DNA of 32,000 nucleotides from Candidatus Saccharimonadota bacterium (GCA_002952755.1 CP025011.1:120001-152000), one strand, 5' to 3'. Numbered from the stretch's first letter, positions 24,458-32,000 are shown. Notes: generated by a model from the sequence alone, not told the origin. Program-made: numbers and translations.

Positions 24458-25036
24458 ATGGCACATATTGTACTTTTTCATTCAGCATTGGGCTTGCGAC
24501 CCGGTGTGCATAATTTTGCAGAACAACTGCAGAAGGCAGGCCATGTCGTGACCACGCCTGATTTATATGGCGGTGAAGTCTTTGAAGATTACAAAGCCGG
24601 CAACAAAAAATGGTTCTCTATGGGGATACCAGCCATAATGCAGCAAGCACAGACGATAGCGGCAGAGCTATCCGGTAATCTGGTATTTGCAGGCTTCTCC
24701 AATGGGGCAGCTATAGCCGAACTCCTAGCAGCTACACACCCTCAAGCCAAAGCGGCCTTACTTATGCATGGAGCCTTACCGCTTGACATGTTGCAAGTAG
24801 CAAAGTGGCCCAAACATGCGCCAGTGCAACTTCATTACAACAACAAAGATCCCTTCCGAAATCCTGACAATGACGCTGCTCTTAAGGAGAGTGTGCGAGC
24901 GAGCGGGGCGTCGTTTGAGGAATTCTTGTACGAAGGCCATACACATCTTTTTGCCGACCCTGACTTACCGGATTATTCTCAGGAATCTGCCGAATTGATG
25001 CTTGAGCGTGCGCTACATTTTCTTAAGCAGACGTGA
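24458..25036 (+). CDS. Dienelactone-hydrolase-like alpha/beta hydrolase
   Basis: It has a GFSNG nucleophile elbow and a GHTHLF His region. Its size (192 aa) and layout are typical of the DLH family. Confidence 0.7.
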   Translation: MAHIVLFHSALGLRPGVHNFAEQLQKAGHVVTTPDLYGGEVFEDYKAGNKKWFSMGIPAIMQQAQTIAAELSGNLVFAGFSNGAAIAELLAATHPQAKAALLMHGALPLDMLQVAKWPKHAPVQLHYNNKDPFRNPDNDAALKESVRASGASFEEFLYEGHTHLFADPDLPDYSQESAELMLERALHFLKQT

Positions 25037-25163
25037 TGTCCCCTAACGCCATAGCTAAGAGCATATACAATAATGATCTACATGATATCAATGTTTACTC
25101 TCTTGCTTGATTGTCTCTAAGAAGTTGACTGCTGTCCGGTTAAACCTGATATTGCGGCCTGTC

Positions 25164-25175
25164 ATAGTGGCTAAT
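25164..25175 (+). repeat. 12-bp direct repeat ATAGTGGCTAAT, right copy
   Basis: See 23525-23536. This copy lies 9 nt beyond the stop of the minus-strand gene 25185..26090. Confidence 0.6.
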
Positions 25176-25184
25176 AGAATGGAC

Positions 25185-26090
25185 TCAGTTTATGGTATTG
25201 TCGCCGAGTGAAGTGGTGATAATGTTTTGCCAGGGTCCGTTTGGGACGCTTGTCTGGCTAACGAAAACCCAGTCGACAGCATCGACATCTTGCAGATTAA
25301 GATAGTCACGTACAGCAGGAGAAACATCCAAGCCAGCTTTAGCGTCGAACGTATTGATTGGGTTGGCGGTCCCGAAGACGTAGACGGTGTCGTCGGTAGC
25401 ATACGGGCCGGTATCTTCCCACTGTGCATAGGCGATTCTGTCGCCGTGGCGAATAGCAATCCAGGCGTTTTTACACCAGGAGTATTTGCTGCTGCTATTT
25501 TTGAGCGGGCAATTGCTGGCGCTGCTCTTGCGCTGGCTGTTGTCGGCGATGTCGGTATACGGCAGTGCGAAATAGAAGGGGTTCTCGCGTGGGGTAAAAC
25601 CGGCGGGGTAGTAGCCGCTACGATTAGAGGGGGCATCAGGCCCCCCGTAATGAGCTTGCCACTGGCTATCCCAGGAGCTGGGTACATTCGAGATATAGGC
25701 GTTATCGGCATCGGCTGGCTCGCCTACCCAGAACCAGGTGGTGGTGATGTGTAGGTGTGAGAAGGTCGACAGCGGTGCTGGTACTAATGGTTGTAAAGTA
25801 TGCCCCGTCTGAGACGTGTCCGAGGGAGTGTGAGCCATCAATCTACTATTCTCAGCCGACCCATTGAGCGAAGAGAGGCCCGGCAAACTGGGGCCGGGGT
25901 GGGGTATGTACGTTCTGTCTTTTGTAGCTGTCAGCCCTAGCTCATCCTGTTGCATTGAAACAGAGGACAATGGCCACAAAAATGGCCCGCCGATTATTGC
26001 AGCGGCAAGCAGACACACAGCGGCAATTCCAAACCAGGAATGCCGCTGTGTGGCTTGCCCGAACCGATTGTTCTGGCGTCTGACAATCAT
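25185..26090 (-). CDS. Secreted/anchored protein with a possible double-psi beta-barrel (RlpA/expansin-like) C-terminal domain
   Basis: It has an N-terminal signal anchor (WFGIAAVCLLAAAIIGGPFLW). The C-terminal pattern AYAQWEDTGPY...GLDVSPAVRDYL resembles the DPBB motif (D.GP....DLS.aA). Its start lies 1 nt after the stop of the upstream deacetylase gene. Confidence 0.5.
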   Translation of the reverse strand: MIVRRQNNRFGQATQRHSWFGIAAVCLLAAAIIGGPFLWPLSSVSMQQDELGLTATKDRTYIPHPGPSLPGLSSLNGSAENSRLMAHTPSDTSQTGHTLQPLVPAPLSTFSHLHITTTWFWVGEPADADNAYISNVPSSWDSQWQAHYGGPDAPSNRSGYYPAGFTPRENPFYFALPYTDIADNSQRKSSASNCPLKNSSSKYSWCKNAWIAIRHGDRIAYAQWEDTGPYATDDTVYVFGTANPINTFDAKAGLDVSPAVRDYLNLQDVDAVDWVFVSQTSVPNGPWQNIITTSLGDNTIN

Positions 26091-26091
26091 C

Positions 26092-28638
26092 TTACAACTG
26101 AGGCTGGATCTCGTTCAGGGCTTGGTTGAGCGTTTCGACGGTGACGCCCGCTTGCTGCATGCTTGCTAATTCGGTATCCAGATGGGCTGGGGTAATTGAG
26201 TAGTCCTCTTGGGCGGCGGAAGGGTCTGCTTCAACGCCGTGATACACCAGCACTAGCCAGGTCTTGTCGTGCTGAGCTTGGGCGACCCACGCGGCTACCT
26301 GAGCGGGTGTGGTGCCATCTAAAATGTTTTGGACGCGGATGTTGTAGAAGTCAAAATCGCCCTTGCTGTTAAAGCCGTCGTCAGTTGAGCGGTGTGAGCG
26401 GAAGTACTTTTTGGCTTCGGTGAGCACGGTGCCATTGTATTCGCCATATGGAGTGGCGAAGTTCGCGCCTACTACACCGTCATTGCCAAACCAAGTCCGT
26501 AACTGTGCTTGGCTGTTGCCCATCTCGGCATCAATTTTGGCAACTGTCAGTGTAGGTAGGTGGGGATGGGTAACAGTATGGTCGGCAATTTCGTTGCCGT
26601 CGTTTTTAAGGGCTTGCATCATGGCCACGGTCATGTACTCGGGGTCCTGACTGGTGCTGCTGATGATGTAGAAGGTGGCCTTCATGCCGTATTTGTCGAG
26701 CAGCGGCAGAGCGTTCGTGTAATGGGTGCGCAGGCCGTCGTCAAAGGTGAGGGTGACCAGGGGGCGGTTGAATTGTGCAGGTGTGTATGGCGCAAGGCTG
26801 AAATCGTCATTTTGTACCCAGCCAACCTTGCTGACAACCTGGTAGAAGGTGATCGTTTTGGCAGTGGCAGGCGCGACAAACTGCGCTTTTACTTGGGTCC
26901 AAGCAGTCGGGCTCGCGGGCGCAGTGCCGACGTAGTAGTAGGATACGGTGCCGTCGGCGGCAGTGACCTGGGCGTCGACTTCGCTGTCAATGTTGGACTC
27001 GTACCAGTTGGTGTATTGATAGTTGGTGCCAGGGGTAACAGGTACTTCATCGAAGTACCACTTGGCATCGCCATTGGTGTAGCTGGTGATGGTAGTTTTG
27101 AGGCTGTGTGTGCCGGTATGCCCGGTGTTCTGGTAGGTGGCGCTATGGGTGTTGGTCCCCCAGCTGCCATCGTGCCAGTTGCTGGGGAGGCTATTGGTGT
27201 TCGTTTCGACCGATGGATTCGGGATGAGATTCGTTGCCGCAGGTGGGGTGACTGGTGAGTTGTTTACGGTGACTACGACAGGGGCTGAGGTGGTAGACAG
27301 GTGCGCGCCATTGGTAGCAATCGCCGTAAGCGTGTGGCTCCCGTTGGAGGCCGTCGTTGTATCCCAGTTTAGGCTATAAGGCTCGCTGGTAAGCGGGCTG
27401 CCGAGGTTAGTTCCGTCAAGCTGGAACTGAACCGAGGAGACAGCGACAGCATCGCTAGCGTGGGCGGTGATAGTCTGCGAAGCGCTCAAGGTGGCATTAT
27501 TTGCGGGGCTGGTAATATTTACGCTTGGTGCTGTCGGGTTGTTCACAGTGACACTCTCGGTGGTTGTGGCAGTTAGATTGGCACTGTTGGTGGCAACGGC
27601 GGTGAGAGTGTGAATGCCATTGGTAGTTTTCGTAGTATCCCAGGCAAATGTGTAGGGCGCAGTTGTTGCCAGCGCGGCATTCGTGCCGTCCAGCTTAAAT
27701 TGGACTGAGGTGATTCCTGTGGCATCGCTGGCGTTGGCTGTAACGGTGGTCAGGCTGTTAACAGTGCTATCTGCTGCTGGTGCCACAAAACTAATTGTAG
27801 GTGTGGTCGGAGGCGACACGTTATTTACATTCACCGTAACGTTGGTTGCAGTCGTGGTCAGATTGGCGGTATTAGTGGCAACGGCGCTGAGGGTATGCGT
27901 GCCATTGGCCACCTTAGTGCTGTCCCAGGCCGTGGCGTAAGGTGCACTTGTAACAGGCGCACCGAGGTTGGCTCCATCCAGTTTAAATTGGACTGAGCTT
28001 AGGCCTTGAGCATCGCTAGCGTTAGCCGCCACATTCACGGCCGAACCGCTCACTGTGGCATTTGCCGTAGGCGAAGTCATGGCTACAGTGGGTGCGGTCG
28101 GCGTGCTGCCTGGACCGGTTAATGAATAATCGTCAGTCGTCAGTGAGCCGTTGGCAAAGATAACATGAAAGAAGGTTAGGCTGGCCGCGTTAGCGGGAGT
28201 AGTGAAGGCGTAGCTGGTCTGCTTCCAAGTGCTGCTGCTGGCCGCATTGCCAACCCAGTAGTAGCTGGTGGTGCCGGTGGTAGTTGTCACGACGGCGTCA
28301 ACTTCGCTGGCGACAGTGCTTTTGTACCAGTCGCTAAAGGTGTAAGCGGTATTGGCGGTAACGGTAACCGGCGAAAAATACCACTTGGCATCGCCACTTG
28401 TGTAATTTGCAAGGGCCACCGTCGCACTACGTGCGCCAGTGTGGCCTGTGGTGGCGTAGGTGAAGGTGGTAGTATTGGTGCCCCAGTTGCCTTTGTTCCA
28501 GCCGGCTGGAGATGCTCCATTGGCGGTTTCAAATGATGGGTTAGCGACTAGATTGGTTGCAGCACGCGCATTGGCCAGTGGCAGTAGGCTGGCAGCAATA
28601 AGAAATAGGCCTGCCAGCAGTGATCTTACTTTTTTCAT
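26092..28638 (-). CDS. Secreted multidomain polysaccharide deacetylase: signal peptide, CBM-like module, 3 Ig-like repeats, second CBM-like module, CE4/NodB domain
   Basis: The signal peptide is MKKVRSLLAGLFLIAASLLPLANA. Two paralogous modules have the pattern NL.(A/P)NPS.ET...GDAKWYF. Three repeats have the pattern SVQF(K/Q)LDG.N...PY...WD.T...NG.HTL.A.ATN. The NodB motifs are TFDDG and HTVTHPH. Confidence 0.88.
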   Translation of the reverse strand: MKKVRSLLAGLFLIAASLLPLANARAATNLVANPSFETANGASPAGWNKGNWGTNTTTFTYATTGHTGARSATVALANYTSGDAKWYFSPVTVTANTAYTFSDWYKSTVASEVDAVVTTTTGTTSYYWVGNAASSSTWKQTSYAFTTPANAASLTFFHVIFANGSLTTDDYSLTGPGSTPTAPTVAMTSPTANATVSGSAVNVAANASDAQGLSSVQFKLDGANLGAPVTSAPYATAWDSTKVANGTHTLSAVATNTANLTTTATNVTVNVNNVSPPTTPTISFVAPAADSTVNSLTTVTANASDATGITSVQFKLDGTNAALATTAPYTFAWDTTKTTNGIHTLTAVATNSANLTATTTESVTVNNPTAPSVNITSPANNATLSASQTITAHASDAVAVSSVQFQLDGTNLGSPLTSEPYSLNWDTTTASNGSHTLTAIATNGAHLSTTSAPVVVTVNNSPVTPPAATNLIPNPSVETNTNSLPSNWHDGSWGTNTHSATYQNTGHTGTHSLKTTITSYTNGDAKWYFDEVPVTPGTNYQYTNWYESNIDSEVDAQVTAADGTVSYYYVGTAPASPTAWTQVKAQFVAPATAKTITFYQVVSKVGWVQNDDFSLAPYTPAQFNRPLVTLTFDDGLRTHYTNALPLLDKYGMKATFYIISSTSQDPEYMTVAMMQALKNDGNEIADHTVTHPHLPTLTVAKIDAEMGNSQAQLRTWFGNDGVVGANFATPYGEYNGTVLTEAKKYFRSHRSTDDGFNSKGDFDFYNIRVQNILDGTTPAQVAAWVAQAQHDKTWLVLVYHGVEADPSAAQEDYSITPAHLDTELASMQQAGVTVETLNQALNEIQPQL
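27259..28101 (-). repeat. Three tandem ~93-codon Ig-like domain repeats inside the deacetylase gene
   Basis: Protein-level repeats at aa ~180-273, 274-367 and 368-460 were read from the translation. Confidence 0.8.
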
Positions 28639-28758
28639 AGATAGTTCCTCACCTTAGTCCCACTCTTAAGTAATACAGTATAATTACATAGAACTACTTT
28701 ATGGTCTATAAGTCAACTCTATTTTATATGAAACATAAGTTGCATGGGCTTACAGGCA

Positions 28759-28858
28759 CCCCCTGCCACCTATATGCAGCAGAGTCAGGCGTAGTGCAAC
28801 CAGACCGACTTTAGTCGGCCTGCGTGAAAACGCTCTGCTGCATATAGGTGGCAGGGGG
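28759..28858 (+). repeat. Hairpin element copy B: perfect 26-bp inverted arms (28759-28784 / 28833-28858) around a 48-nt core
   Basis: The arms CCCCCTGCCACCTATATGCAGCAGAG and CTCTGCTGCATATAGGTGGCAGGGGG are exact reverse complements. The core is TCAGGCGTAGTGCAACCAGACCGACTTTAGTCGGCCTGCGTGAAAACG. Confidence 0.85.
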
Positions 28859-28910
28859 CCCTTCGCTACCCCTCTTGCGCCACGATCCAGAAAGGTTACT
28901 ATACGTATAT

Positions 28911-30374
28911 ATGAATAACTTCGTCTTTTTATTGTCCCACTATCCGCTGGGGCATGCCTTTGGAGCGCGCTACGAGTTGCCTATCCCCTTGGTATTGTTC
29001 GTACTTGGAGGCGGTGCTGTCGTGCTGCTATCTTTTTTGCTCGTGGTACGGCAAAAGGTTGCTCCGGCCTCTGCTGCCGAGTATCCTGACACAACACATG
29101 TGCGAGGTATACAGGGTTTTTGGGCTGCTTTGAGCCTTTTGGTTCTTACAGCGTGTATTACTGTGGGTATAGCGGGCAGCCAGGAGGCTGCAGAGAATAT
29201 TGTGCCAACGTTATTTTGGCTGATTATATGGATTGCCGTGCCGCTTTCAGCCGGTATTGTAGGTGACTGGACACAAGTAGTTAACCCTTTTGCCATTGTG
29301 GCAAAACTTACCGATAACAGGGCACTCCGTAAACGTGCGCTTCTTCGGGAAGCATCGCTTGCCTGGCCGGTTCGCGTGGGTTGGTGGCCGGCTGTTGCTG
29401 TTTTTTTCATACTGGCATGCGGCGAACTGATTTATAACCAGACGGTCACACGGCCAGTAGTTATTGGCGCAGGACTCTTGATTTATTTTGTACTGAGTGC
29501 TTTTGCCGGTCTGGTCTATGGCAAACAGTGGCTGGAGTGCGGCGAAGTGTTTACGGTGCTATTTGCAACGTGGGGGCGGCTAGGTTTTTTCCGTTTTGGC
29601 GCTCCGGGACGCCGAGGTTTTGCGGGTGGGTTGCAGGTGCCTTTTGAGGCTAGCGTCAGTCGCGTTACGTTTGTGTTGCTGCTCTTAGTAAGCGTGGGTT
29701 TCGACGGCCTACTTTCTACACCGCTGTGGAGCCGCATGCAGCATCACTTGCCGAACGGTCTGGCAGTGGGGACGACGGCTTATCTATTGCTGGCAACACT
29801 TATTTTTGCAGCCTTGGCATTCGTCTTTTGGGCAGTATTTAGCTTACTGGCCCTGGCAGTAAGCAAAGTGGGCGTACACAAGCTGGGTGCCACACCCGCA
29901 CTGGCGGGATTACTGCCGTCGCTGGTGCCAATCTCCTTTGGCTACTTGCTGGCGCATAATCTGGAATATTTAGTGCTCAATGGTCAGCTTTTATTTCCGC
30001 TTATCGGTAATCCCGTAGGCAAAGAAAGCTGGCCAATCCATCTGCCACACCCCTTCAATGACAGTTTCGAGCCAAACCGGCACCTGCTGCCCAGCTCTTT
30101 TTATTGGTATGCCTCGGTGATTGTTATTGTGATTGTGCACATTGTGGCTGTCGTATTGGCGCATCGTTACCTGGGTAGAGCCACTAAGAATGAAGAGCAA
30201 GCGCGGCGGTCGGAATATCCGTGGATTGTGGCAATGGTGGCCTATACGATGTTCAGCTTATGGCTCCTGGCTCAGCCGTTAGTCAAAGAAAAGGCGGACG
30301 AAACGGGCATCGCGCCAACCCGTCAAACTGTGGCTGTTGCCCAAACTAATGCGGTGATTACAGTAGATTATTAG
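28911..30374 (+). CDS. Large polytopic membrane protein (487 aa, ~12 TM), unknown function
   Basis: Hydrophobic segments run throughout the protein. The track start at 28848 (GTG) lies inside the right arm of hairpin copy B, so the ATG at 28911 (MNNFVFLLSHYPLGH..., with TACTAT 8 nt upstream) is preferred. Confidence 0.7.
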   Translation: MNNFVFLLSHYPLGHAFGARYELPIPLVLFVLGGGAVVLLSFLLVVRQKVAPASAAEYPDTTHVRGIQGFWAALSLLVLTACITVGIAGSQEAAENIVPTLFWLIIWIAVPLSAGIVGDWTQVVNPFAIVAKLTDNRALRKRALLREASLAWPVRVGWWPAVAVFFILACGELIYNQTVTRPVVIGAGLLIYFVLSAFAGLVYGKQWLECGEVFTVLFATWGRLGFFRFGAPGRRGFAGGLQVPFEASVSRVTFVLLLLVSVGFDGLLSTPLWSRMQHHLPNGLAVGTTAYLLLATLIFAALAFVFWAVFSLLALAVSKVGVHKLGATPALAGLLPSLVPISFGYLLAHNLEYLVLNGQLLFPLIGNPVGKESWPIHLPHPFNDSFEPNRHLLPSSFYWYASVIVIVIVHIVAVVLAHRYLGRATKNEEQARRSEYPWIVAMVAYTMFSLWLLAQPLVKEKADETGIAPTRQTVAVAQTNAVITVDY

Positions 30375-30377
30375 CAT

Positions 30378-31160
30378 ATGAAACGACATTTTTCGGCGGG
30401 TATGACTCTACTGCTGGCCGGGTTGTCCGTTATAACGGTAGCAAGTTTCAGCCATGCGACCGTTCCCTTGTACGATGGAGTTAATTTCCCCGATGAGCCA
30501 TATCGCTATGTGAAATCGCCGGCAGCGCAAAAACAGAGTACTCCAGCGCCTACTACCATCTCTAAGGTATATCAACTCAACCGGCCGGTATATGGTGTGT
30601 ATATTAATAGCGTAGAACTGGGGCCGCAGATATATGTCTATATCGACCGGAGCGCGCTGATTATTCCTAAGGGCGCAACCGAGTTTACTTTAAGCGCCGA
30701 ACCATTGGCGCCAACGGATCAGCCGGGCGGCGGTCCTATTGCCGGGAATGTATATAAGATACTGGCAGCGACCGAAAATGGTGCGCTCGTGATCGCAAAC
30801 CAGCATACCACCGCGCAGCACACAATCGACTTACGTTTGCCACAAGGGTATCCGGCGACAGGTCAGATGGTTTTTAGGCCGGCAGGCGGTCAATGGCACG
30901 CGTTACCTACCTCACGCATTGGTACGGATATTTATGAGGCCAATCTGAGCGCCTTTGGTGAGTATGCGCTTAGTATTCCCAATCAAAAGTCAGTTACAGC
31001 CACCAGGCGCAAAATGCTTCCTTATGGTTTGATTATTTTTTGTGGGATGTTTGTGGTGGCGATGACAGCAATCTTGCTCATCATCCGTACATCGGAGCGC
31101 AAAAAAAGTCCGTTAACTATCGAAGAAAAGAAAAACAAAACTCGGGGCAGAGATGCCTGA
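30378..31160 (+). CDS. Secreted protein with a C-terminal TM anchor (260 aa), unknown function
   Basis: The signal peptide is MKRHFSAGMTLLLAGLSVITVASFSHA and the C-terminal TM segment is LPYGLIIFCGMFVVAMTAILLII, followed by a Lys-rich tail. The gene starts 3 nt after the upstream stop. Confidence 0.7.
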   Translation: MKRHFSAGMTLLLAGLSVITVASFSHATVPLYDGVNFPDEPYRYVKSPAAQKQSTPAPTTISKVYQLNRPVYGVYINSVELGPQIYVYIDRSALIIPKGATEFTLSAEPLAPTDQPGGGPIAGNVYKILAATENGALVIANQHTTAQHTIDLRLPQGYPATGQMVFRPAGGQWHALPTSRIGTDIYEANLSAFGEYALSIPNQKSVTATRRKMLPYGLIIFCGMFVVAMTAILLIIRTSERKKSPLTIEEKKNKTRGRDA

Positions 31161-31749
31161 GGTAGCGACACGGCAGAACGGGGCAAAAGACCTACCGTTA
31201 CGTGCGGTGGTGCTATACGCCGGATTTACGGCTGCAATTGGCTTACGGGTAGCATTGGGCGGGCATGACATCGCGCAGTCAGCATCGGCGGGCTTGGTTT
31301 TTGCAGCAAGCCTGGTATCGCTGGGGGTAGTGACAGTTAGGCCGCACTTTATAGCCAGCTGGCGTACGGTGCTTACGGGACTCCTGGGCGGACTTTTTCT
31401 CTTACTCCCGGCTATCATTTTGTGGGCATGGATTGGAAACGCACATCCGCCGCTGGGCAATTATCCATGGTGGGCGAGTGTCGTGACGCTTGTGGCCCTA
31501 GCCGAAGAGTATTTCCTTCGCGGTGTATGCTACGAAGTCATTAGTTCCTGGAAAGGCGAACTAACAGCGATTATAGTAACCGCCCTTGCTTTCGCAGCCC
31601 TGCATGTTCCTCTATATGGATGGCAGGCGGCACCGTTGGACCTCGCTGTTGGCTTATGGTTTGGTGCACTGCGTATGGCTAGCGGTACTTGGCTGGCGCC
31701 GGGTATTGCGCATACCCTTGCCGACCTGGCAGCGTGGTTCCTGCGCTAG
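31153..31749 (+). CDS. CPBP-family intramembrane glutamic endopeptidase (CAAX protease/Abi-like)
   Basis: It has an AEEYFLRG (EExxxR) motif, an FAALHVPLY (FxxxH) motif and a late HTLADL motif. It overlaps the upstream gene by 8 nt. Confidence 0.8.
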   Translation: MPEVATRQNGAKDLPLRAVVLYAGFTAAIGLRVALGGHDIAQSASAGLVFAASLVSLGVVTVRPHFIASWRTVLTGLLGGLFLLLPAIILWAWIGNAHPPLGNYPWWASVVTLVALAEEYFLRGVCYEVISSWKGELTAIIVTALAFAALHVPLYGWQAAPLDLAVGLWFGALRMASGTWLAPGIAHTLADLAAWFLR

Positions 31750-32000
31750 CTACATCTCGTTGAAGATGGTGATATGGGCGCCAAGCGAGTTGAGCCGTTC
31801 GGCAATTGCCTCATATCCACGGTTAATGGTGTACACATTACGCAGTGTTGATATGCCATCGGCGGCGAGCATGCCGATGAGTAGTAGGCTAGCGGGGCGC
31901 AGAGCAGGCGGGCACACCACATTAGCCTTGCTGAATTTAGTGGGACCTTGAATATACAGGCGGTGCGGGTCGGCCAACTCCACTTGCATGCCCACCTTGG
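31750..32000 (-). CDS. murA: UDP-N-acetylglucosamine 1-carboxyvinyltransferase, C-terminal part (gene continues past the window end)
   Basis: The C-terminal sequence ...PPALRPASLLLIGMLAADGISTLRNVYTINRGYEAIAERLNSLGAHITIFNEM* matches the conserved MurA C-terminus (IDRGYE...L..LGA.I). Its stop codon abuts the CPBP gene stop. Confidence 0.85.
   Translation of the reverse strand, partial: KVGMQVELADPHRLYIQGPTKFSKANVVCPPALRPASLLLIGMLAADGISTLRNVYTINRGYEAIAERLNSLGAHITIFNEM

Noticed and set aside
25190-25754. ORFs of 173 aa and 175 aa overlap the gene at 25185..26090.
   Set aside because: They lie in alternative frames or on the opposite strand of a gene that has a signal anchor and tight coupling to the upstream gene. 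Neither shows any motif.
26560-27258. A 232-aa Gly/Val-rich ORF, together with several other ORFs (26363, 27137, 27683, 28460, 26889 and others), overlaps the deacetylase gene.
   Set aside because: These are shadow ORFs in a GC-biased, repeat-rich gene. The minus-strand frame carries the signal peptide, the repeats and the CE4 motifs.
27259-28101. Periodic repetition in this region was considered as a possible CRISPR-like or satellite array.
   Set aside because: The period is about 280 nt and in frame, encoding Ig-like domains. There is no short repeat and spacer organisation, and no CRISPR array appears anywhere in the window.
28848-28910. An upstream extension of the 12-TM protein ORF begins at the GTG at 28848.
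   Set aside because: That start codon lies inside the right arm of hairpin copy B. The ATG at 28911 has a -10-like box 8 nt upstream, and the protein then begins close to its first TM helix.

Overview
This is a gene-dense bacterial chromosomal window. Hand counts on a few lines give about 52-60% GC, with two or three lower-GC patches. About 33 protein genes are supported. Housekeeping genes include tsaE/tsaB, RNase Y, a YmdB-type phosphoesterase, the murA 3' end, two Nudix hydrolases, a Clp/Hsp100-type double AAA+ ATPase and a P1B-type metal ATPase. Envelope genes include a lamin-tail-domain surface protein, a processive GT2 synthase, a sortase, a CBM-Ig-CE4 polysaccharide deacetylase, a DPBB-like secreted protein and a CPBP protease. 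There is also a vapBC toxin-antitoxin pair, five tRNAs that all encode CCA (Pro-TGG, Pro-CGG, His-GTG, Arg-TCT, Gly-TCC), and several hypothetical proteins. By inference only, the gene content (sortase, rny with ymdB, a short TsaB, LTD and PRC-barrel proteins, very short intergenic regions) suggests a reduced-genome monoderm-like bacterium, possibly Patescibacteria/Saccharibacteria. The observations that gene calls do not explain are listed here. (1) Two copies of a roughly 100-nt hairpin element have a conserved 47-48 nt core but completely different, perfectly paired 26-31 bp arms. (2) A 49-codon ORF absent from the ORF track consists of little more than an LPNTG sorting signal; it lies beside a processive glycosyltransferase and near a sortase. 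(3) A roughly 390-nt ORF-free, hairpin-rich unit has a strong extended -10 promoter directly upstream of tRNA-Gly and may be a divergent RNase P RNA. (4) A membrane-anchored Clp-type ATPase is translationally coupled to a small membrane protein and a Nudix hydrolase. (5) A lower-GC AraC and hydrolase cassette is bracketed by 12-bp direct repeats and splits a likely envelope operon. (6) At least 12 genes show a -10 hexamer 6-10 nt before the ATG, which suggests leaderless mRNAs. No CRISPR array, rRNA or recognisable transposase/integrase was seen.
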